DNA of 64,000 nt from Candidatus Micrarchaeota archaeon (GTDB taxonomy: Archaea; Micrarchaeota; Micrarchaeia; Micrarchaeales; CABMGC01). Under the pieces are notes generated by a model. The model had not been told where the DNA came from, ran no database searches, and worked only from the letters and a program-made list of their open reading frames with translations. Made by a program: the position numbers and the translations under genes. The stretch spans positions 44 through 64,043 of the forward strand of contig JAJZJQ010000005.1 in NCBI GenBank assembly GCA_021851065.1, in the 5' to 3' direction. Shown one piece after another: positions 9,601 to 18,069 of this stretch (its first letter is position 1; the number at the start of each line of letters is the position of its first letter).

Positions 9601-10775
9601 TAGCTCGTTTGAGTATGTTCTTTGCCGCATTCAGGTCCCTGTCCATTGACATTGCGCACCTTTGGCAGCCGAATGTCCTTTCTGATAGGGGCATTTCCTG
9701 AATGTTTCCACATCCACTGCATGTCTTTGAGGTGTTGTTAGGGTTCACCCCCAATGCCACGCAACCGGCACTCTCAGCCTTGTATTGCAGCATTTGGGCG
9801 AAGTTTCCCCATGAGGATTCGCTGATGGATTTAGCAAGATGGTGATTTTTCACCATGTTTGCGACTTTGAGTTCCTCGTATGCTATGAATGAGTATGAAT
9901 TCACAAGATTATGGGAGATTTTGTGGAGGCGGTCTTCCCTGATTCTTGATACGTGTTCAGAGTATTTTGCAAACCTGCGTATTGCTCTTTTCCTATTTGC
10001 GCTTCCCTTTTTCTTCCGTGAAATCCTTTGCTGAAGACGTTTCAGGGATTTTCTTTGCAGTCCTGAGATTTCGGCATTCTGGAAGACTTTGCCATCTGAA
10101 AGAGTTGCGTAGTTTGCAATCCCCAAGTCTATTCCGACTGGCTGTTTTCCGTTTGTGAATGGAAATATGTCTTCCTTTTCAGCAGATATGGTTACATACC
10201 ATTCGTCTGATTTTGTCTTCTTTATTGATAGGGTCTTTATCCTGCCCTCAATTTTTCTGTGGTTCACAAAATTTATCCTGCCTATCTTTGATAGTTCAAC
10301 CCTCTTGCGTTCAGTCCTGAATCCCGATTGCGGATATGTCAATGATGAAACGAACTTCCTGAAACGCGGGAATCCGACTTTTTGCCTTTTACCGTTGCGT
10401 TTTTCCTTTGCCCTTCTGAAGAAGTTTTTGTATGCCTTTGAAAGCCTGTCAGGCACATTCTGCAATACCTGTGAATAGACGTCATTGTATTCTGGATGCT
10501 CCTTCTTGAACTTAGTAATCCATTTTATCATATCGTATCTGGTGAAGGTCTTGCCATTATCTTTGAAGTGCTGTTTTGCCTTCTCAAGGAGATGGTTGTA
10601 GAGTTCCTTGCACAGATACATCTGCAGATTAAGAATAGCCTTTTGTTCTTTTGAAGGATACGCCCTGAATTTGTATGTTGTTTTCACGATGGCCATATTT
10701 ACTACTTCATTAAGATTTATACGCATTCGCTTTCATCCCACGATTGGAAATCGTAGGTTTTCCCGCTATGAACCT
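9442..10775 (-). mobile_element. IS200/IS605-family TnpB-only (IS1341-like) element
   Basis: Minus strand: TTTAT followed by left-end hairpin CCTACGATTTCCAATCGTGGG; right end GGAAGCCCACAGACTTCAGTTGTGGGAGGATGTCAC ending in TCAC; lower GC than flanks; no tnpA. Confidence 0.85.
9497..10696 (-). CDS. tnpB: RNA-guided endonuclease TnpB
   Basis: YKFRAYP start, GFPRF, RuvC GIDLG / YEEL / DRDLNAAKNI, zinc ribbon CSGC...CQRC. Confidence 0.96.
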   Translation of the reverse strand: MAIVKTTYKFRAYPSKEQKAILNLQMYLCKELYNHLLEKAKQHFKDNGKTFTRYDMIKWITKFKKEHPEYNDVYSQVLQNVPDRLSKAYKNFFRRAKEKRNGKRQKVGFPRFRKFVSSLTYPQSGFRTERKRVELSKIGRINFVNHRKIEGRIKTLSIKKTKSDEWYVTISAEKEDIFPFTNGKQPVGIDLGIANYATLSDGKVFQNAEISGLQRKSLKRLQQRISRKKKGSANRKRAIRRFAKYSEHVSRIREDRLHKISHNLVNSYSFIAYEELKVANMVKNHHLAKSISESSWGNFAQMLQYKAESAGCVALGVNPNNTSKTCSGCGNIQEMPLSERTFGCQRCAMSMDRDLNAAKNILKRATEGHSGSHASGDIVRPSHMKADAAESGTILGASR

Positions 10776-10822
10776 ATAAAGCTGGCCATCATGGGCATGC
10801 GGCCCTTACGACGCAATGCAGG

Positions 10823-12091
10823 TCATATCCTGTACCTGAGCAGTGCGCCTATCCCGGTAAACCCCATGAGGAACTCCTTGCCGTACGAACTCTCGCCAGA
10901 TACGAACACAGTATCTGCGCCGCTGCCGTCCGCAAGCGCTATGAGCTCCTCTATATGGTCTACCCCCTGGTCCGCAGTGCTGTACAGGCCGCCGTCGGTT
11001 TCGTGCTTCCTCTCAGGCTCCGGGTCGGCATTGCTATTTATTGCCACTTTCTTATTTATGAAGTCGCTGTCCTTCTCGGTATCCTTCTGCCACAGTATAA
11101 GGTGCTTCTCGTCGCCGCATACGCTGCACTTCCTCTTTATTATAGTGTCTATCCTGCTGCTTATTATAAGCGTCGCGACCTGGTTCTTCTCAAGAGCTGC
11201 CCTGGTATTCTTGTATCCGTGCACAGTCATGCCTCCGGCCCTCACCTCCTGCATGAACCTCTCAAGCACCTTGCGCTCCTGGAAAGCCTCCTGCTCCTTG
11301 AGCAGATCTGCCGCCTTCTCCACCAGCTCGTGCAGCCCGTATTCGTCAGTGTATCCGACGTCGTACATGCCCAGTATCTTGAGCTGGTAGTTCAGCGTGT
11401 TGTGCTTTGCGAATCCCTCCTTTGCTGGTCCTGGCCCGCCCAGTATGACTCCCTTTATCTTGGGGCTGCTCTGCTCGAAAGCGGCGTTGGCTATGTCTGA
11501 GACCCGTGTGTGGTACTCGCCTATGCTCTCCTCTATTATTCGCTGGTAGCGCTGCGCGCTCTGCCCGCCCTTTCTCACCTTGGCATGCACCATTGAATTG
11601 AGCTTCTTTATGACCTGTATGTGGGAGCCCTTGAGCGTTGCTATTGTAGCCTCCCTGCCATCCAGCACTATTAGAAGGTATGTATCCTTTGAGCCCACTA
11701 TATCCTCTATGGGCTCTAGCAGGAAAGTTGAGTCGCAGCGGTATATGTTAACCTTTAAGGGCAGCGGAGGCTCTATGGAAAACAGCTCTATATCGACCTT
11801 CCCGGAATTGTCCGACACATTGCCGGAGAATATGGCAAGGCCGTTCTTTGGCGTCTCCCTGAAGAGCTTTAGGTACTGCATTATCTTGTCCAGTGCGCTC
11901 TGAACATTGGTGCGCACCGACTTTGACTTTATGTTGCCAGACTGGCTGTGCTCCTCCCTGAGCCTGCCTACCTCCTCGGCCAGGTTGAACCCCGCCGGTA
12001 TGTACACCGAGATCAGCTCCGTGCCGTAGCCTCGGACCGACTTGAGCCTCTTTATCTCCCTGAACATGTTGTACTCTTTTTTCATAGTCAC
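10823..12091 (-). CDS. prf1: Peptide chain release factor aRF1
   Basis: GTELISVYIP, NIKS, YRCDSTF, GGQSAQRY. Confidence 0.97.
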   Translation of the reverse strand: MTMKKEYNMFREIKRLKSVRGYGTELISVYIPAGFNLAEEVGRLREEHSQSGNIKSKSVRTNVQSALDKIMQYLKLFRETPKNGLAIFSGNVSDNSGKVDIELFSIEPPLPLKVNIYRCDSTFLLEPIEDIVGSKDTYLLIVLDGREATIATLKGSHIQVIKKLNSMVHAKVRKGGQSAQRYQRIIEESIGEYHTRVSDIANAAFEQSSPKIKGVILGGPGPAKEGFAKHNTLNYQLKILGMYDVGYTDEYGLHELVEKAADLLKEQEAFQERKVLERFMQEVRAGGMTVHGYKNTRAALEKNQVATLIISSRIDTIIKRKCSVCGDEKHLILWQKDTEKDSDFINKKVAINSNADPEPERKHETDGGLYSTADQGVDHIEELIALADGSGADTVFVSGESSYGKEFLMGFTGIGALLRYRI

Positions 12092-12768
12092 AACTTGGTA
12101 ATATCTAGTTGCCTGGTACTATATGAGATTATCCTTTCAAGCGCTGAATATATTGATTTGCCGGCTCTTTTGCCGCCATTGTCTATGTGCATGGAGGTTA
12201 TGCCCATCTTCCTGGCCTGCCTTACGTTGTACATCCTGTCATCGAGAAATATCATGCTGTTTTTTGTTATGCCAAATTTTCTCATAAGGGCCCTGAACGC
12301 ACAAGGCTCTGGTTTTATGCAACCATCCATCAGCTCCGGAGACATCACCATGTCCATTGTAATGATGCCGCCAAGGCCAAGGGCCTTTATTGTGCGGCCA
12401 ACCCAGATCCTCTTGGAGTTTGTAAACAGCACTATCCTGTAATTCTTTGCAAGGATGCTGATCAGGCTTACAAGCTTTCTGTCCCTTTTTATGCCGGCCT
12501 CCCCAGGATTTCCGTCAAGCACGTAATCCTCGAATTCTTCCCGGTCAATGCCGTAGTCTTTGCCCAGCAGCCTTGAAATGCTTAGCATCCTTCCCTGGAT
12601 GATGAGTCTGGCGATATGGCTGCGGTGGCTGTGCGACATGCGCTTTAGCAGTCCGCTATCCTTGAGGAAGCGGTTTGCCCTTATTGCGCAAAGTCTGTCT
12701 GCACGCACCTCGCTGTCATGCTTGTAAAGAGTGCTGTCAAGGTCTATGACCAGTGTTATTGCTTTCAT
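12088..12768 (-). CDS. HAD-superfamily hydrolase (possible pyrimidine nucleotidase type)
   Basis: DLDSTL, FTNS, KPEP, FLDD..N motifs. Confidence 0.85.
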   Translation of the reverse strand: MKAITLVIDLDSTLYKHDSEVRADRLCAIRANRFLKDSGLLKRMSHSHRSHIARLIIQGRMLSISRLLGKDYGIDREEFEDYVLDGNPGEAGIKRDRKLVSLISILAKNYRIVLFTNSKRIWVGRTIKALGLGGIITMDMVMSPELMDGCIKPEPCAFRALMRKFGITKNSMIFLDDRMYNVRQARKMGITSMHIDNGGKRAGKSIYSALERIISYSTRQLDITKL

Positions 12769-12777
12769 TGCTGCGCC

Positions 12778-14076
12778 TTATGCTATCCTGCTCTTGCCCA
12801 TGTACGGCACGAGCACATCAGGAACCGTAATAGAGCCGTCATCGTTTGAGTAGTTCTCTGCTATTGCAACAAGCATCCTCTCTATGGATCCGCTAACAGT
12901 GGAATTTAAGGTATATGCGTACTTTCTCTCTCCTCCCTCGTCATATCTTATCCCAAGGCGCAGCGACTGCCAGTCGGTGCAGTTTGAGCATGATATCAGC
13001 TCGCGGTACTTGCCGGTTGAGGGCATGTGCACTTCAAGATCAAGCTTCTTGGCTGCCACAGTGCCTATATCCCCGGTGCATATGTCCACCACCCTGTAAG
13101 GCAGCTTTAGCATCTTGAATATGCTTTCGGCATTGCCCATCATCTCGTCGAAGAGTTTCCATGAGTCTTCAGGCCTTGACACCACAAACTGCTCGACCTT
13201 GTAGAACTGGTGCACCCTGAATATGCCCTTGGTGTCCTTTCCGTGAGCGCCTGCCTCCCTCCTGAAGTTGGGGCTTATGCCCACTAGCCTTAGCGGAAGG
13301 TCCTTTGGAGCAAGTACGCTATCGGATACAAGCGCTGCCATGGCATGCTCGGATGTGCTTATCAGGAACAGGTCGTCATCAGTGCGCTCAAGATCCTTAT
13401 TGCCATCGGCCTCCTTCGGATCTGTGACTTTGTAGAGGACCTCCTCGAAGTCCCCCAGGGCCGTTGCGCCGCTGTAGTATTTCTTGCGCAGCATGAGGGG
13501 CGGGGCTATTGGAAGATAGCCTTTCTTCACCATCACATCAAGGGAGAACCGTATGAGAGACTGCTCGAGCATCACTAGGTCCCCTTTCAGGTAGTAAAAC
13601 CTGGACCCTGCAACCTCTGCCGCCTTCTCTACGTCGAGCAGGCCCAGGCCTTTTAGTATGTCCACGTGGTTCTTTGATGCCCTGGCGCGTATTGTGCCCC
13701 ATTTCCTGACTTCCACGTTCTGCGAGTCGTCCTTGCCCTGCGGCACGGAGCGGTCAAGCGTGTTTGGCATATTCATAAGAAGGGATGTTATCCGGTCATG
13801 GTATCGCGGCAGCTGCGCCTCTATACCATCTATCTTCGCCTTCAGTGCAGCAAGCTCTCCTATCTCCTTTTCTGCATCCTTCTTGGACTTCTTGAGTTCG
13901 GATACGGTAAGGCTGCCCTTATTACGCTGCGCCCTTAGGTCCTGAAGCTCCTTCTCGAGCTTCTTTGCCTTCTCATCAAGCTCCAGCAGCTCATCGATGG
14001 GATAATCGCTCTTGCGCTTTGCCATCGACTCCCGTATGGCCCCCAGATTGTCCTTGATGTATCTTGTGGTTATCAT
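12778..14076 (-). CDS. serS: Seryl-tRNA synthetase
   Basis: N-terminal coiled coil, GSRFYYL, TSEH, FRREAG...GIFRVHQF, SCSNCTDWQS. Confidence 0.97.
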   Translation of the reverse strand: MITTRYIKDNLGAIRESMAKRKSDYPIDELLELDEKAKKLEKELQDLRAQRNKGSLTVSELKKSKKDAEKEIGELAALKAKIDGIEAQLPRYHDRITSLLMNMPNTLDRSVPQGKDDSQNVEVRKWGTIRARASKNHVDILKGLGLLDVEKAAEVAGSRFYYLKGDLVMLEQSLIRFSLDVMVKKGYLPIAPPLMLRKKYYSGATALGDFEEVLYKVTDPKEADGNKDLERTDDDLFLISTSEHAMAALVSDSVLAPKDLPLRLVGISPNFRREAGAHGKDTKGIFRVHQFYKVEQFVVSRPEDSWKLFDEMMGNAESIFKMLKLPYRVVDICTGDIGTVAAKKLDLEVHMPSTGKYRELISCSNCTDWQSLRLGIRYDEGGERKYAYTLNSTVSGSIERMLVAIAENYSNDDGSITVPDVLVPYMGKSRIA

Positions 14077-14143
14077 AGGCCACACCCATAGAGGATAATA
14101 TCGATATAGCTTAATATATAACTATCAGGGTATATGCTACTGT

Positions 14144-14230
14144 GCAGGGGTGGCAGAGCCTGGCCAAATGCGACGGGCTTAGGACCCGCTTCCTTTAGAG
14201 GATGCAAGAGTTCAAATCTCTTCCCCTGCA
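14144..14230 (+). tRNA. tRNA-Leu(TAG)
   Basis: GCAGGGG/CCCCTGC acceptor stem, anticodon loop CTTAGGA, long variable arm, GTTCAAATC T-loop, discriminator A. Confidence 0.93.
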
Positions 14231-14369
14231 TATAACTCTAAGGAGCGTGCAACAACGTAAGAGTTTATGATTCTACCGCTTCATGAGCGACCTATCCACT
14301 ACATCCTTCATGTAATTGAAATAGATGAGAAAAGGGGCTTTGGCCCCTTTTGAACCCCCAGCACTAGGG

Positions 14370-15005
14370 TTTCCTCCCCCGACTACGTCGGTGGTATCTC
14401 ACCCCTCGCTGCAGTTTCAATTGAACTGCAACTTTGTCTGTTTACCCTCTTCTCTGCCTGGCATGAACGGTTCATACGAGACATCCTGCCCCCTGATGTA
14501 GTTCTGTCTGATGTTCTGCCCTACCGGCCCGACACTTGTTCCTGTAGGCTGTCCACCCCAGAATTCTTTGCGAGGATTCGCTTTATGAAGTTCGGCATCT
14601 CTTTGAAGACTTTCGATGCAGAGTGTGATTTCAGAATCTGCCTCACCTGTTGCATTGAAAGGTTTGCAGGTACATTTACCATCATGTGTATGTGTGCATA
14701 GTCATCTCCGAAAGCGAATTCCTTTATCTTGACGCCAAATTGCACTTCCACTTCTCGGAAAGCATCTGCAACAACTTTCTGCGTCTTCGGATTCCTGAAG
14801 ACCTTGAATCGGTACTTTGATACCAACACAATGTGTTGAAAATTGTACACCCAGTCCAATTCATTTTTATTCTTTGCATACGCTAAGCTAACCATTGTTT
14901 CACTTCGGCGCGACGAACATCACGTCGCGTCACTATTTTTCATCTGAAAATGCGTATATTTGTTGCAGGATTAGGTAAGCACCCCCGACGAGGTCGGGGG
15001 AAAGC
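14370..15005 (-). mobile_element. IS200-like element (TnpA only)
   Basis: Related subterminal hairpins CCGACTACGTCGG (~14379-14391) and CCCCCGACGAGGTCGGGGG (~14982-15000) flank tnpA; exact ends uncertain. Confidence 0.7.
14417..14895 (-). pseudogene. tnpA: IS200-family Y1 transposase TnpA, frameshifted
   Basis: HIVLVSKYR and HIH (HUH) motifs; after KR near 14575 a shifted frame reads PRKEFWGG...SVG...NYIRGQ, which holds the catalytic Tyr. Confidence 0.85.
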
Positions 15006-15215
15006 TCTCACTTATTCTTTCAGACTCAAATGCCTCAGTCGGTTTGTCGTGAGAAACAAATTTCGGGATCGTACAACTTTATCAATGGGAAGAAAGCCTT
15101 TTATACCACCTTTGCGCATGGATTAACGGGTGGAACAGTGCTCTCTTCGGCATATTAAGCGTAAGTATATGTGGATTTGATTTATTCAATGCGCTTCCAC
15201 GCGCACCTTGTTATT

Positions 15216-16601
15216 TTACTCGTAGTTGGCCAATTCTTTGGGCCTGAGCTTGCCCGATTCCACAAGAAGCCTGTGCTGCCTTGAATGGTCGTTGTCGAAC
15301 CTCCTGCTGCACAGCGAGCCGACCATTATTTTTGTAATTACAGTGGAAGTCACTGTGCTGCCTTCCAGCTCCTTTGTTATCCGCTCAGCCACGTCATCTA
15401 TGCCTTTATCGCTAGTTAGCTGCTGGAACAAAACCGTGCCCTCTGGAGCGCCTATATTTCCTGTTAGTAGGTACTTGTTTGCTATCTGTCCTTGTTCAAT
15501 TATGTCCATGAGAAATTTATACCTGTTCTCCTCGACCTGTTTTTCGTATATGTTTGCAATATGAAGCATTCCTATATACTGCGATTGAAGATCTGGGATT
15601 GCTATTGTTGGCCTCACAATAACACCTCTTGACTTCAGGTCGTGGTATGCGTATCTCGCCGATCCGCTGGCAAGCGCGTATTTCCTGTCTATCTCAGAAA
15701 AGCTGGCTGTGCTGTTGGCATTCAGTTCTTTGAGAATGGCAAATTCCCTGCGCATTAGAATGCCGCCAGATTTATAGCTGCGTTTCCTAGCCTTTTCTAT
15801 AGTCTTAAGCGTTGCGTCTATAAACTCGTTTCTCAATGGCACGAAGGAATATGTCATGCCTATAGGCACAAGATTCCACAGCATCCCATGTTTTCCGAGT
15901 TCAGTATTTATCATGAGGCTCCTAAAGTCCTCTATCACTTTGACTGTGTCCGTAGTGTCAAGCAGGTATGCCACAATATCATATTCTCCTTTTGTCCTGG
16001 CTGCAAACTGCACCATGGGGTTTCGTACGAATGCACTCTCGATCTCCGTCTGGCTCGGCGCCTTCCCTTCGAATCTTATCAACAAAAGATAAGGTATGTA
16101 TCCAAGGCTGGACAGGTCCAGTTCCAGTATGTATTTGAGCCCCAGCTGCTTCTCAAGGTTGCCTATCCTATTATATGCTGTCTGCTTGTCGATTCCTGAT
16201 ATCCTTGCCGCTTTTGCTATAGATATCCTCGCATTCATGCTTAATGCAGTCAGGAGCCTAAGATCTGAGCCCTTTGTTGGCATGTTTGTTTTCTGTTGTG
16301 CATCGAGTTCTTGGCCATGCTGCCTGTGCCATATTATCTCGCCTCCGCGTTCAGTGATAAGTGCAGCGGCATTGTCTATGTCATCAGTTGCAGAAAGCTT
16401 CTTCTTTACGAATACTCCTTCATCATTTATCCTCCCCAGATATTCTGCTTTGGTTACGGTGCGTTTTTTGTCGCTGTGCCAGACGCTGGTATGCCTGTAT
16501 ACATAGTACCTGCCGTTCAGTTTCTTGAGCACTATATAAAACGGGTAGTGCCTCTTCAGCTCCTCGAATCTTTCCCGTACCTTGATTGGGTCGCCCTCCA
16601 T
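15216..16601 (-). CDS. Large tandem Lrp/AsnC-like transcriptional regulator with an extra N-terminal domain
   Basis: DLRLLTALSMNARISIAKAARISG...AYNRI..LE HTH, RAM-like GEYDIV, second HTH (ILKELNANSTASFSEI); paralog at 58089-59486. Confidence 0.8.
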   Translation of the reverse strand: MEGDPIKVRERFEELKRHYPFYIVLKKLNGRYYVYRHTSVWHSDKKRTVTKAEYLGRINDEGVFVKKKLSATDDIDNAAALITERGGEIIWHRQHGQELDAQQKTNMPTKGSDLRLLTALSMNARISIAKAARISGIDKQTAYNRIGNLEKQLGLKYILELDLSSLGYIPYLLLIRFEGKAPSQTEIESAFVRNPMVQFAARTKGEYDIVAYLLDTTDTVKVIEDFRSLMINTELGKHGMLWNLVPIGMTYSFVPLRNEFIDATLKTIEKARKRSYKSGGILMRREFAILKELNANSTASFSEIDRKYALASGSARYAYHDLKSRGVIVRPTIAIPDLQSQYIGMLHIANIYEKQVEENRYKFLMDIIEQGQIANKYLLTGNIGAPEGTVLFQQLTSDKGIDDVAERITKELEGSTVTSTVITKIMVGSLCSRRFDNDHSRQHRLLVESGKLRPKELANYE

Positions 16602-16923
16602 GCTTACATACTATATAACATTTAATCAGATATTTAAATTAGATGGTATTTATCACGTTGTAAATAACATCTGTTTTAATACATTTATCATAAAATGATA
16701 GACACGTATTGTTTTTTTGTCTGATTTTATCAGAAATACCGAGATGACACTTAAATAAAAGCCCTGCTATAACACTCTTCACGGGTCTTGGGGATATGAT
16801 GGATCTGGACAAACGGATTATTTTGTTCGTCTCGTTCTTAGCTGGCCGCATGCCCATCCCAATGCTGGCAGCTCCAGCCTATTCCCACCCATCCCGCTTG
16901 AACTGAGATGATTGGGTCAGTGT

Positions 16924-18069
16924 ATGAAAACAAAAGGAATACAGGCAGCGCAGATGCATGGAATTGATTTGAAGTTCATGGAGGCCGCCATGGAGGAGGC
17001 GCGAAAGAGCATGACGGAAGGTGGAATACCTATAGGCGCTATACTGGTAAAAGATGGTGCGATAATCGGCAGAGGGCACAATATGCGCATACAGACAGGC
17101 AACCGCATGGCCCATGCAGAGATAGACTGCCTTGAGGATGCGATAAGGTCTGCGGGCAAGCAGGCCGTTGAAGGCTCCACATTATACTCGACGCTTATGC
17201 CGTGCCACATGTGCGCCGGAGCGGTAGTCCACTACGGTGTAGGAAACGTAGTCGGTGCAGAGAACCAGACCTTCCCAACCGGCGAGCGGATACTGCAGAC
17301 AGAGGGCGTGAGAACCATAAACCTTGAGCTGGAGGAATACCAGCTAATGCTCCAGGGATACGTTGACGGGCACCAGGAGCACTGGCAAGGCGGTGAAACT
17401 GGAATCAAATCGCTAAGGCGCAAGGACAGCGCGACTCTAGGGGCAAACTGGGCTCTTATAGAGCACGAGCTACAGCGGCTGGTAACACGGCTGCATGCCG
17501 AGCTAGGCTGGTTCGATGACGAGAGCGTTGCAAACACCCCACGGATGGTGGCAGGATTCTACAGGGAACTCTACGAAGAGCATGCTGGGGATCTTCGCGT
17601 CACGCAGTTTGATGGGCCTGCATCAAAGCGCGGCACACTGATAACTCAAAGCAGAATAAAGACGTATTCAATATGCATACACCACATGCTTCCTTTCGAG
17701 TGCAACGTAAGCATAGGCTATGTTCCTGAAAACGGAAGGGTGATAGGGCTGTCCAAGCTATCAAGAGTTGCTGCAAAGTTTGCAAGCAAGCCTACCATGC
17801 AGGAGCGCATGACGCAGGATATAGTAGATTTCCTGCAGGGAGAACTCAAGCCGTCGTTTGTCATATGCCTGGCAGAAGGCATACACCACTGCTCCGTGAT
17901 AAGGGGAGTGTGCCAGCAGAGCGCCACATTCACGACTTCTGCAATGAACTGGAACCATGAGAAGCTGGGAGAAGCCGATGCCGACCGCCTGAAAGAGGAA
18001 TTCCTTGTAACCATAAGATACGCCAATGGTGGAATCTATGACCGTGAAAACAAGACAGACAGGACATAA
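16924..18069 (+). CDS. Cytosine-deaminase-like domain fused to GTP cyclohydrolase I (FolE)-like domain
   Basis: N-half EGGIPIGA, GRGHNMR, HAE, PCHMC; C-half TP.., SICIHHMLPF, IGLSKLSR, QERMT, HHCSVIRGV; single uninterrupted ORF; start uncertain (16912-16954). Confidence 0.9.
   Translation: MKTKGIQAAQMHGIDLKFMEAAMEEARKSMTEGGIPIGAILVKDGAIIGRGHNMRIQTGNRMAHAEIDCLEDAIRSAGKQAVEGSTLYSTLMPCHMCAGAVVHYGVGNVVGAENQTFPTGERILQTEGVRTINLELEEYQLMLQGYVDGHQEHWQGGETGIKSLRRKDSATLGANWALIEHELQRLVTRLHAELGWFDDESVANTPRMVAGFYRELYEEHAGDLRVTQFDGPASKRGTLITQSRIKTYSICIHHMLPFECNVSIGYVPENGRVIGLSKLSRVAAKFASKPTMQERMTQDIVDFLQGELKPSFVICLAEGIHHCSVIRGVCQQSATFTTSAMNWNHEKLGEADADRLKEEFLVTIRYANGGIYDRENKTDRT

Noticed and set aside
10608-11390. 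260-aa plus-strand ORF crossing the TnpB left end
   Set aside because: Antisense to aRF1 and tnpB and spans an insertion boundary
16924-18069. Ordinary folate or archaeosine (preQ0) folE, or a dpd DNA-modification island
   Set aside because: No queC/D/E, dpdA/tgt or folate genes nearby; fused deaminase and active-site substitutions. Not fully excluded if partners lie elsewhere
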